Source: Acidimicrobiales bacterium
GTDB lineage: Bacteria; Actinomycetota; Acidimicrobiia; Acidimicrobiales; SZUA-35
Direction: 5' to 3'
DNA length: 64,000 nucleotides
Assembly (NCBI GenBank): GCA_041394265.1
Contig: JAWKIO010000005.1
Span: forward strand, 4,007,401 to 4,071,400
Position numbers and translations under genes: made by a program. Of the stretch, positions 8,909 to 17,226 are shown in pieces (position 1 is the stretch's first letter; each line of letters starts with the position of its first letter). Below the pieces are notes generated by a model. It made no database searches. It saw only the letters and a program-made list of their open reading frames with translations, and was not told where the DNA came from.

Positions 8909-10480
8909 GTGAGCGACGAGGCACCGGGACGCCGACCGAACGTGCTGTTCATCATCACCGATCAGCAGCGGGCCGACCATGTCGGGTTTGCAGGCAACGA
9001 GATCGTGCAGACACCGAATCTCGATGCCCTCGCGGCTCGAGGCACCGTGTTCGACTCGGCCTGGGTAGCCAATCCGGTCTGCATGCCGAACCGATCGACG
9101 ATCATGACGGGGCGGATGCCCACGGCGCACGGCGTGATCTTCAATGACCGCTCGCTCGACTGGGGCGCCAATACGTTCGTTCGCCAGTTCCTCGCCGCCG
9201 GTTGGCGCACGGCGCTGATCGGCAAGTCACACCTCCAGCACGGCCTCAGCCGCAACGCTGTCGTGCCCATCGGCTCCTCGGGTGCGTTCGACGATCCATG
9301 GCCACCGGGCTGGAACACCCTCGAAGATCACGAGAGCTTCGCCGACGGGCCGCCCGACTTCCCGCCCTCGTTCTACGGCTTCGAACACGTCGAGCTGTCG
9401 ATCGACCACGGCTCACGGATCACCGGCCATCATTTGCAGTGGGCCCTCGATCGAGGCGGGGTGTACGAGCAGCTCGTCGTTCCGATGACCGACGAAGCGC
9501 CGGCGAAGCGGCGCTCCGATCGGTGGTGGCAGGTGTACGAACCGCCGTATGGGCCCGAGCTCCATTCGACCACGTTCGTCGCCGAGCAGACCTCGGCGTT
9601 CATCGAGGAAGCGGCAGCGGGTGGATCACCGTGGCTGGTGATGGCCTCGTTCCCCGATCCGCACCATCCGATGACCCCACCCGGCGAATGGTTCGACCGC
9701 CACGACCCGGCCGACATGCCGCTCTCGCCGTCGATTGCCGACGACCTGGCCACGGCGCCCGACTACCTCCGTCGGTTCCAGCGCACACCGCCGACGAAGC
9801 AGCGGGGGTGGGTCGGCATGTGTGGCGCGACCGATCACGAGCTCATGCGAGAGTGCCTCGCCGCCACCTACGGCTCGATCGAGATGATCGACGACGCGGT
9901 CGGCCGCATCCTGGCGACCATCGATCGGCTGGGCCAGACCGACGACACGATCGTGGTGTTCACCTCCGACCATGGCGACATGATGGGTGATCACGGTCTG
10001 ATGCTGAAGGGCTACATGCCCTATCGCGGCACGCTCCAGGTGCCGCTGGTCATCGTCGACCCCGACCGGGCGCCGGCCCGCACCACGTCGCTCGCCGGCA
10101 GCATCGACCTGGGCTCGACCCTGCTCGATCTCGCCGGGCTCGAGGGCTACGTCGGGATCCAGGGCTCGAGCCTGGTGCCAATCCTCGATGATCCGGCGGC
10201 AACGGTTCGAGATCACATCCTGATCGAGGACGATCTGCCGGCGGGACTCGCCGCCCTGGCGCCGATACCGGCCAAGAGTCGAACCCTCGTCACCGCACAG
10301 CACAAGTACACCCGTTTCAGCTCGGGCGAGGATTTGCTGTTCGATCTCGGCAACGACCCGCTCGAACTCGACGATCTCAGCTCGAGGGAGACGAGCATGC
10401 GTGGGCACCTGATCGAACATCTGGCCGATGCGTTGATGGCGGTCGACGACGACGCGCGCGGTGCGCCGATCAATCACTGA
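8909..10480 (+). CDS. sulfatase (Cys-type, no signal peptide seen)
   Basis: GTG at 8909 is preceded by GAGGAGGAAG. LFIITDQQRADH and the CMPNRSTIMTGR sulfatase signature (CxPxR) are present. The first 114 codons of the track ORF overlap the divergent CoA-transferase gene. Confidence 0.85.
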   Translation: MSDEAPGRRPNVLFIITDQQRADHVGFAGNEIVQTPNLDALAARGTVFDSAWVANPVCMPNRSTIMTGRMPTAHGVIFNDRSLDWGANTFVRQFLAAGWRTALIGKSHLQHGLSRNAVVPIGSSGAFDDPWPPGWNTLEDHESFADGPPDFPPSFYGFEHVELSIDHGSRITGHHLQWALDRGGVYEQLVVPMTDEAPAKRRSDRWWQVYEPPYGPELHSTTFVAEQTSAFIEEAAAGGSPWLVMASFPDPHHPMTPPGEWFDRHDPADMPLSPSIADDLATAPDYLRRFQRTPPTKQRGWVGMCGATDHELMRECLAATYGSIEMIDDAVGRILATIDRLGQTDDTIVVFTSDHGDMMGDHGLMLKGYMPYRGTLQVPLVIVDPDRAPARTTSLAGSIDLGSTLLDLAGLEGYVGIQGSSLVPILDDPAATVRDHILIEDDLPAGLAALAPIPAKSRTLVTAQHKYTRFSSGEDLLFDLGNDPLELDDLSSRETSMRGHLIEHLADALMAVDDDARGAPINH

Positions 10481-10514
10481 TGCCGGTGTTGCAGAAGATC
10501 TGGGCCTGCTCCTG

Positions 10515-11297
10515 ATGGCGGTCTATCCGCCATCGCATCACATCATCACGTCACTCGCGATCGATGTTCGTCGGACCCCGACGAGCCTCGACGGACGGTG
10601 CCTCGTCGATCTCCATCCGGTGCGACCCTCGCTCGGTTCGCTGGTGCCGGTCGTCGACATGGTGGGCGGAAGCGTTGCCTCCCGGCACGCCGCCGGGGAT
10701 TGGATGGCAACCTCCAACCTGTGGATCAGCGAGCGAGCTCCCATTGCCCCGGATGGCGGGCCGATCGAGATCAGCAATCGGCTGCTGCGGGCGGGCAAGC
10801 GGCTGATCGTCGTTGCCTGTGAGGTGTCGCAGGGCGACCGGCCGGTGGCGACGTCGACGGTGGAGTTCGCTCGAATTCGTCGAGAGGCGTCGCGTCATGA
10901 CATTCCGGCGGCCAACGATGACGGGGCATGGCGGCGTTTCGGCAATGGACCGGTCCTCGACCGACCGCTCGAGGAGGCTTGCGGCATCGAGGTGGTCGAC
11001 GCCGGTCGAGGCATCGCTCGACTGCCGCACGGCCCGTTCGTGTCGAACAGCATCGGCACGATCCAAGGCGGCGCAGCAGCGCTGCTCGCCGATGTCGGTG
11101 CGTGTGCGATGGTGGGGTCGAACGCGCGGGTGGTCGACCTCGCCTTCCGCTTCCTCGCCCAGACGGGAGAGGGGCCGGCCGAGACCCGAGGCGAGATCGT
11201 GCGCCGGTATGGCGGCGGGGCCGTGGTTCGTGTCGAGGTGGTCGACGCCGCTGATGGCGCACTTGTCGGGTGGGCCATGGTCGCCGTCGAAGCGTGA
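10515..11297 (+). CDS. hotdog-fold (PaaI-like) thioesterase, possibly double hotdog
   Basis: The C-terminal half (GIARLPHGPFVSNSIGTIQGGAAALLADVGA...VVRVEVVD) looks PaaI-like. The N-terminal half has a similar beta-rich pattern. Start chosen as the first ATG after the sulfatase stop. Confidence 0.65.
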   Translation: MAVYPPSHHIITSLAIDVRRTPTSLDGRCLVDLHPVRPSLGSLVPVVDMVGGSVASRHAAGDWMATSNLWISERAPIAPDGGPIEISNRLLRAGKRLIVVACEVSQGDRPVATSTVEFARIRREASRHDIPAANDDGAWRRFGNGPVLDRPLEEACGIEVVDAGRGIARLPHGPFVSNSIGTIQGGAAALLADVGACAMVGSNARVVDLAFRFLAQTGEGPAETRGEIVRRYGGGAVVRVEVVDAADGALVGWAMVAVEA

Positions 11298-11376
11298 CGG
11301 CCGACCGCCCGTCGACATGCCGCCAGCCGCCCGGCGAACGAAAGGTTTGACGATCGAATCAGCGGGTAGCGTGGTA

Positions 11377-11453
11377 GGTGCCAGCCGCGGTACGGCGTTG
11401 CGGACCGGTTCTTCGGGGCCGGTGAATGGGTTCGACTCCCTCCGATGGCACCA
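11377..11453 (+). other. 77-nt tRNA-shaped element without an anticodon loop (candidate ncRNA or tRNA relic)
   Basis: A 7-bp closing helix GGTGCCA/TGGCACC encloses three parts: a GCCG-CGGTA-CGGC hairpin, an 8-bp hairpin ACCGGTTC-TTCG-GGGCCGGT, and a T-loop-like GGG-TTCGACT-CCC. It lies between convergent genes. Confidence 0.3.
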
Positions 11454-11492
11454 CGCACCGACGCCTCGAAGTCCTGGCTCCGAGGCGCCGAC

Positions 11493-12440
11493 TCAACGTG
11501 ACGACGTCGCCGTCCCCTGCGTGGCAGGAGTGCTGATGCGGGTGGGCAGTCGGATCACGGCGGTCACCGATCCGAGCAGCACGATGCCGCCGACGACTTG
11601 CATCAGCGTCACCGGTTCGTCGTGGATCGGCCAGGCGAGGCCGACGGCCACCAGGTGCATGGCGAGCAGATAGAGCGACGAGCGAGCCGCCTCGAGGTAG
11701 GCATGGAGCCAACTCATCGCCACGTGGCCCGTGACGCCGGTGAGATACGCAATGATCACGATCCACAGCCAGTCCATTCCGCCGAACTGACGGAGCTCGT
11801 CCCCTCGGACGAGGAACAGCGACGGCGGGATGGCGGCGACGAATGCCCACAGGTTGATGCCCGCCATCCATTGGATCGGATCGACATCGGACCCGGACCG
11901 GGCAACGCGAGTGAGCACGAAGTACACCGAGAAGGTGAGGAGAGCGGTGACAGCGAGCAGGATGCCGAGCGGTGATGCTCGCACACCTGCACCGGCCCCG
12001 AGGATGACGATGGCCGCACCGAGGATCCCGACGGCGCTCCAGGCCACGTGGCGAGCCGACGGCCACTCGCCGAACAGCGGCCCGGCAATGATCAGGAGGA
12101 GTGCCGGCTGGATGGCGACGGTGGTGGACAACACGGCCACCGACGCCTCTTGGAGTGTGGCGAAGACGAAGACCAGATTGGTGCCGAAGGCGAGCCCCGG
12201 CAGCATCGTCGAGCGCAGGAGCGACCACGAGATGCGCTGTCCGCGCAGCAGCACGATGGCGAAGAGCAGCGGGAACGAGATGCCGAAGCGCACCATGGTG
12301 CCGACGAGCGGTGGCGCCGTGACGAGCTTCGTGATGGGCGGGCCGATACCCCACAGCACCACCACGAAGGCCATGGCGATCAAGGGATCGACGAACGGTG
12401 CCGGTGCGACGGCCGACTGACGGGTGCTGGTGGTGGCCAC
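11493..12440 (-). CDS. DMT superfamily (EamA-like) transporter
   Basis: 315-aa ORF with about ten hydrophobic helices in two similar halves. GTG start. Confidence 0.8.
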   Translation of the reverse strand: MATTSTRQSAVAPAPFVDPLIAMAFVVVLWGIGPPITKLVTAPPLVGTMVRFGISFPLLFAIVLLRGQRISWSLLRSTMLPGLAFGTNLVFVFATLQEASVAVLSTTVAIQPALLLIIAGPLFGEWPSARHVAWSAVGILGAAIVILGAGAGVRASPLGILLAVTALLTFSVYFVLTRVARSGSDVDPIQWMAGINLWAFVAAIPPSLFLVRGDELRQFGGMDWLWIVIIAYLTGVTGHVAMSWLHAYLEAARSSLYLLAMHLVAVGLAWPIHDEPVTLMQVVGGIVLLGSVTAVIRLPTRISTPATQGTATSSR

Positions 12441-12527
12441 CGGGGCATCCTCTCACCCTGTGGCGCTTCGTTCGAACCGGCGGCGGATTGCCCGGTGGGC
12501 CTGCCGGCCGAGGATGGTCGACGACCG

Positions 12528-15131
12528 CTACGGCCTGCGGGCAACGAGCGGTCCGGATTGCATCGACATCACGGACTGCGCGGTCAGGTCACGCTTGTGG
12601 TCCCCATTCGGCACGAGCGCGAGTGCTTCGGCGGGCGGCATGCCGTCGGCCAACGACCGGTGAAGATCCGGCATGATCAGCGACGTCAGCGTGTTGTCGA
12701 TCCACAGCGGGGACCCGATGACAGCAAGAGAGCCAAGGCGCAGCAGCACTCCGGGGAGGCCATAGGCCGAGCCATTTCCGGTGGCACACGACGCGCCGAG
12801 GCCACAGGCGGCCAGCACGACGACGGCCGGCGCCTGGTCGATCGTCTCGAGGTCGTAGGCGGTGAGCGGTCCATCCTGGAGCTGGACACTCGTGAGGAGT
12901 GGGTCATTGGGGTGCGGAAGCCCGTGTCCCACCAGATGGACGAGGTCGGAGTGCTCGAACGCCTCGAGCGCTTGTTGCACGGTGGCGTCGCGAAGCACTC
13001 GTGCGTTGGGGTGGATGGCGGCGATCGCCTCGGCCTCCTCGGTCGCCGGATGGCCGAGGTCGGGTCCGATGATGATCGAGACCCGGTCGAGCGGCGGCAT
13101 CGAAACCGGCTCGTTGCGGTAGGGAACACCGGGATTGACCCAGCTACGTGCAAAGCGTTCGGGATCGAGCAGTCGCCACGGCACGTCGGTGAGGAACCGC
13201 TGGAGTCGCATGTTCAGATCGTTGTGCTCGTTGTGCTCGTTGGGAAGGCCAGTGAGCAGGAGATCGTGGAGGGCAGAACCGGCAACACGCACCGCATCGA
13301 CCTCGACCCGAGGTCGGAGGCCGTTCACTGCAAGGTCGAATGTGAAACGGAATCGGCGAATGGCCTGGTCGATCTGGGCGAGGGGCCCGACGAGTTCGAG
13401 CTGATCGAGCTCACCGTCGCTGTAGCACCGCCACACCTGCTCGGACGCAACGAGGAAGCAGACGGAGGGGGAGTTCGGTGACGCGGTCGTCAGCCAATCA
13501 TCGTGTGGCGTTGGTGGCGACGGTGACGCTTCGGCGCGGCGCGAGAGGAACCGAATTCGCTGTTCGAGCGCAGCGAACTCGTTGGCCTCCACCTCGCCAG
13601 GCGAGCCCGCTGCTGCGACCTCGCCGGGCGCTGTTCGTAGGTCGATCGTGGGGCGATGCGCCTCACGGAGCGCCTCGAGTTGGTGAAGGAACTCCGAGTC
13701 ACGCGCGGTCGCAACACTGTCGTGATGGACGCGGGCGGCGACGGCGTCGAACAGTCGGAACGCCGCTCTCGGGTGGTCGTGGCGCCCCAGCGCAAGCGCG
13801 ATGTGCTCGATGCCGCCGAGATCGAGGAAGATCTTCGAACGCATCTCGATGGATCCGATGCCGTGGCACATGGCCTCGCCGGCGTCGAGGAGGTCGGCGA
13901 TGAGTCGATGCGCCCGCTCGACCTTGCCGGAGATGAGATGGAGCTGCACGGCAGCGGACAGGCCGAGTACTCGCTGTCGGAGGCTGTCGGCATGGATCGC
14001 CGGTGCAATCGCTCGGAAGTATGGGACGGTGTCACGAGAATCCTCGCAACGATTGATCGTGAGGTAGAGCGCCTCGACCAACGAGGTGTCGACGAGGATC
14101 GCGTCGATTGGGAACACCGGCGGTTGGGTCGGATCCAGCGCCTGCAGGAGTCGTTCGGTTCGCTCGGCGCTGCGGGTGCGTCCTTCCTCCTCGAAGAGTT
14201 CCAGGGCAGCGGTGATGTCGCGCAGCGCCGGAACGAGCTGGCGGGCTGCGATGGCCACCCGCGCCCGGAGTACGAGCGCCTCGCCGCGGGCGTGGATTCC
14301 GTGGGTCGCCTCGGTCAGCTCGATGGCCTCGGCTGCCGAATGTTCCGCCTCGTCGATGAGGCGGCAGCTGAGCAACGCTTCAGTCCGGGCGACGGCGATT
14401 CGTGCCGCTTCCCACGGCTGGTCGTCACCGAGATCGGCGGTGTGTTCGATGCGCTGGAGCGCTTCGGCGATCTCGCCCTTGGCGGCGAGCACGCGTGCGA
14501 GGAGCCGACTCGCCTCGAGTCGAATCCGCCGGCTCGTCGGCTGGGCAAGCAGAACGAGGCGGCACTGGATCTCGGCATCGTTCATGCAGTTGGTGTCGAG
14601 GAGGTCGGCGGCGTAGCCACACCGAGCCTCGAGCTCGCCGCGTTCGTCGCCCAGCGCCGATGCTCGGTCGATGGCTCGGCGCCATCGGGTGATGGCGAGC
14701 ACATGGCGTTCACGCTTGCTGGCGAGATTCGCCTGCTCGATGAGGACCTCGACCGTGGTGGTGTCGGCGTCGGGCTGTTCGATGGTGGTCAACAGCCGCT
14801 CGGCGTCGTCGAGTCGGCCGGTCGAGGCGAGGAGGTTCACCAATCGCAAGCGGGCGAAGGTGGCGATCGCAGGATCAGCGTTGCGCTGCTCGATGCTCGA
14901 CTCCAGGAGGAGCTCGGCCTCGGCGAGGTTGCCGGCCTCGCGCTGCTCGAGGGCGATCACGACCTGCGCTGCCGCGAGCTCGCTGGGGTCGTCGGTGGTG
15001 GCGAGCGTGTATTCGGCGAGGTCGGTGGTGCCCGAGCGATCCACGGCGCGCCGACGTTCGGCGAGGTCGAACAGCGCCTCATAGGTTGATCGTTCGCTCA
15101 CCGGCGAAGCCGGTTGCGGCTCGTCTGCCAC
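12528..15131 (-). CDS. TPR-like repeat / CHAT domain protein (caspase-like peptidase fold)
   Basis: The C-terminus has HLVGHG ... VVVLAACGLG, a His/Cys dyad in the CHAT arrangement. The long N-terminal region is Ala/Leu/Glu-rich helical repeat. Start set to the GTG at 15131, preceded by AAGGA. The track start at 15455 would overlap the divergent SDR gene. Confidence 0.8.
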   Translation of the reverse strand: MADEPQPASPVSERSTYEALFDLAERRRAVDRSGTTDLAEYTLATTDDPSELAAAQVVIALEQREAGNLAEAELLLESSIEQRNADPAIATFARLRLVNLLASTGRLDDAERLLTTIEQPDADTTTVEVLIEQANLASKRERHVLAITRWRRAIDRASALGDERGELEARCGYAADLLDTNCMNDAEIQCRLVLLAQPTSRRIRLEASRLLARVLAAKGEIAEALQRIEHTADLGDDQPWEAARIAVARTEALLSCRLIDEAEHSAAEAIELTEATHGIHARGEALVLRARVAIAARQLVPALRDITAALELFEEEGRTRSAERTERLLQALDPTQPPVFPIDAILVDTSLVEALYLTINRCEDSRDTVPYFRAIAPAIHADSLRQRVLGLSAAVQLHLISGKVERAHRLIADLLDAGEAMCHGIGSIEMRSKIFLDLGGIEHIALALGRHDHPRAAFRLFDAVAARVHHDSVATARDSEFLHQLEALREAHRPTIDLRTAPGEVAAAGSPGEVEANEFAALEQRIRFLSRRAEASPSPPTPHDDWLTTASPNSPSVCFLVASEQVWRCYSDGELDQLELVGPLAQIDQAIRRFRFTFDLAVNGLRPRVEVDAVRVAGSALHDLLLTGLPNEHNEHNDLNMRLQRFLTDVPWRLLDPERFARSWVNPGVPYRNEPVSMPPLDRVSIIIGPDLGHPATEEAEAIAAIHPNARVLRDATVQQALEAFEHSDLVHLVGHGLPHPNDPLLTSVQLQDGPLTAYDLETIDQAPAVVVLAACGLGASCATGNGSAYGLPGVLLRLGSLAVIGSPLWIDNTLTSLIMPDLHRSLADGMPPAEALALVPNGDHKRDLTAQSVMSMQSGPLVARRP

Positions 15132-15341
15132 TGATTGTCCTTGCTGACCGGAGTTGATCCGGATCGTCGCTCGCCCTGCGTGCGACGTGATGCCGCGGCC
15201 GCTGCGGTCCGCAGCACTGCCAGATGCGAGCATGCCACAGCCGAGCGGCCGAACCTCGCATCGGGCGCTGGTCGTTCGCCACCTCGTCGAGGCGCTGCTA
15301 GGAACTGCTCCAGGCACTCGGCACGAAGAGGGGACGAAGCG

Positions 15342-16043
15342 ATGCAACTGGCAGGAACCAAGGCAGTGGTGTTCGGAGGCACGTCGGGCATCGGGCTCGC
15401 GACGGTCGAGCAGTTGGCTGCGCGTGGTGCACAGGTGGTTGCGATCAGCCGCCATCCGGAGCGGGCAACGCTCCCCGACGGTGTCGAGACTCGATCATGT
15501 GACGTGCTCGACGAAGCGGCTGTCGCCGCCGTTCTCGAGGAGTGTGGGCCCTACGACTCGCTCGTCAGCGCTGCCACGGGAGGGGAGCGAGCGATGGGCC
15601 CGTTCCTCGAGATGGACCCTGCGGGCTTTCGTAAGTCCTTCGACAAGGTGTGGGGCTACGCAAATGTGGTGCGGTTCGGAGCGAAGCATCTCCGCGAGAG
15701 CGGCTCGATCGTCCTGGTCAGCGGGACACCGGCCCGGCGCATCAAGCCGGGTCTGGTCGCGCTGGGTGCTGCGGGTGCCGCCGTCGAATCGCTCGCTCGG
15801 TCGGTGGCGCCAGAGCTCGTCCCCCGTCGCATCAACGTGGTGGCACCGGGCACGATCGACACGCCCATCAACCCGCTCGAGGGCGACGCTCGAGCGGAAG
15901 CGTTCCGTCGGGCCACCGCCTCGCACCTGATTCCCCGGGCGGGGACGGCCGACGAGGTCGCCGCCGCCATTCTGTTCTGCCTCGAGAACGATTTCGTGAC
16001 CGGTACCACGGTCGACGTCGACGGAGGTTGGCTGCTGGCGTGA
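15342..16043 (+). CDS. SDR family oxidoreductase
   Basis: ATG at 15342 follows a GAAGAGGGGA purine run. VVFGGTSGIGLA cofactor motif. ~233 aa. Confidence 0.85.
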   Translation: MQLAGTKAVVFGGTSGIGLATVEQLAARGAQVVAISRHPERATLPDGVETRSCDVLDEAAVAAVLEECGPYDSLVSAATGGERAMGPFLEMDPAGFRKSFDKVWGYANVVRFGAKHLRESGSIVLVSGTPARRIKPGLVALGAAGAAVESLARSVAPELVPRRINVVAPGTIDTPINPLEGDARAEAFRRATASHLIPRAGTADEVAAAILFCLENDFVTGTTVDVDGGWLLA

Positions 16044-16127
16044 CCGTTCTGTGCGTCAAACCCACCGCCAGACCCCGTTCTGTGCGTCAAACTTCCCGCC
16101 AGCGAGAACTCTGACGCACAGAACGGG
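16044..16127. repeat. two direct 18-nt copies (31-bp period) plus one inverted copy
   Basis: CCGTTCTGTGCGTCAAAC occurs at 16044-16061 and 16075-16092. TGACGCACAGAACGG(G) at 16112-16127 is the reverse complement. The block lies between convergent stops. Confidence 0.9.
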
Positions 16128-16187
16128 AGGGGTGGACTGGAGGGCCGACGGTTGGTGGGCCTCGGCCTGGACTCGGTCAGGAACGGG

Positions 16188-17045
16188 TCACGAGAGGACG
16201 GCGCCGCCGGCGGTGTAGACCGCCACCAGGGCGAGCATGATGGCAAAGCTCTTGGTGAGGCGGGCTGCGTCGATCTTGTTGGCGAGGCGAGAACCGACGA
16301 GCACGCCGAAGGTGACGGTGGCCAGGAACGGCAGCACGAGTCCCCAGTCGAAGTCGAGATGCCCCGACCGGAGCGCCAGGGCGATGGCCGTGTTGATCGA
16401 GATCACCACCAACGACGTGCCGATGGCGTCCTTGGTGGAGAAGCCGAGGAGGAGGGTCAGCGCCGGGACCACGGCGAAGCCGCCGCCCACGCCGAACAGG
16501 CCGGTGAGGAGACCGACACCGCTGGCGGCCGCCACGAGCTTTGCCACCGAACGGGGTGACAGGTCGAGCGCGGGGGTCGAGGTTGGCAGCACCTTGGTCT
16601 GTGTGGCGACCCCTCCGGACGTGCTCGATGACGGTGTCGGGCTGGAGGGAGGTGTCGTCCCCGCTGCGTGGGCGGCCTCGGCCCGTTTGGCGCTGCGGAG
16701 CATGCGGACGGCGACAAAGAGGATGAGCCCCGAGAACGCCAGCAGGAGCGCCTTCTCGGGGAGTGATCGGTTGATGGTGGTGCCGATGCGGGAACCCACG
16801 ATGCCGGCGGCGCCGAATGCCAGGCCGGCTTGGAGCTTGACGTAGCCGTTGCGGTAGTGGCCCCAGGCGCCGATGGCCGAGGCGACGCCGACGACCAGAA
16901 GGGATGCCGAGGTGGCGTCCTTGGTGGCCATGCCGGCGATGAAGACCAGGATCGGTACCGCCAGGGTGGAGCCACCGCCGCCGAGTGCGCCGAGTGACAG
17001 GCCGACGCCGAGGCCGAGGACGATGGCGATGATCTCGCCGATCAT
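16188..17045 (-). CDS. sulfite exporter TauE/SafE family membrane protein
   Basis: Start reset to the ATG at 17045 (MIGEIIAIVLGLGVGLSLGALGGGGSTLAVPILV). Two 4-TM halves are separated by an Ala/Ser/Thr/Pro-rich loop. Confidence 0.85.
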   Translation of the reverse strand: MIGEIIAIVLGLGVGLSLGALGGGGSTLAVPILVFIAGMATKDATSASLLVVGVASAIGAWGHYRNGYVKLQAGLAFGAAGIVGSRIGTTINRSLPEKALLLAFSGLILFVAVRMLRSAKRAEAAHAAGTTPPSSPTPSSSTSGGVATQTKVLPTSTPALDLSPRSVAKLVAAASGVGLLTGLFGVGGGFAVVPALTLLLGFSTKDAIGTSLVVISINTAIALALRSGHLDFDWGLVLPFLATVTFGVLVGSRLANKIDAARLTKSFAIMLALVAVYTAGGAVLS

Positions 17046-17095
17046 GAGGCGCTGCCGAGAGTGGCGATCGAGCTGTGGTGGCGCATGGCCCCTCC

Positions 17096-17106
17096 TTTGT
17101 ACGGAC
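17096..17106. promoter_or_regulatory. TTTGTACGGAC motif, copy 1 (between TauE and the SQR-type gene)
   Basis: The exact 11-mer is also present at 26628-26638 upstream of the second SQR-type gene. A related inverted half-site GACCGTAC lies at 17150-17157. Confidence 0.45.
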
Positions 17107-17131
17107 TTTTGAGAGAATAGCAGACAATTGC

Positions 17132-17160
17132 TTGACTGGCAGTCCGAATGACCGTACTTT
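17132..17160 (+). promoter_or_regulatory. sigma70-like promoter candidate TTGACT-17nt-TACTTT
   Basis: Read directly. The -10 element ends 66 nt upstream of the ATG at 17227, inside the only AT-richer stretch of the intergenic region. Confidence 0.4.
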
Positions 17161-17226
17161 TCCTGAGCCCGCACGTTTGTGCCTCCGGTCACATATCGGG
17201 CGACAACGAACGAGGAGACAATTTTC

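Noticed and set aside
11377-11453. A genuine tRNA gene (including tRNA-Sec) in the 11298-11492 gap
   Set aside because: There is no 7-nt anticodon loop and no U33-anticodon context. The T stem has only 3 bp. Reading the terminal ACCA as discriminator+CCA requires a 5' strand GCCATCG that is absent. It is kept only as a tRNA-like element of uncertain nature.
12048-13481. Long antisense ORFs in the track, for example 12048..13481 +, 13656..15089 +, 25411..27351 -, 39085..40956 -, 43763..45322 -, 46034..47200 +, 49892..52099 +, 60598..61833 -, 21656..23089 - and 36161..38095 +
   Set aside because: Each lies opposite a gene with clear family motifs. Their translations are Arg/Gly/Pro/Asp-rich with no motifs, as expected for stop-poor shadow frames in GC-rich DNA.
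12528-15131. A type III-E CRISPR (Craspase-like) context for the TPR-CHAT proteins
   Set aside because: No Cas7-11/gRAMP-like giant protein, CRISPR array, Csx30/RpoE-like partners or other cas genes are visible anywhere in the 64 kb.
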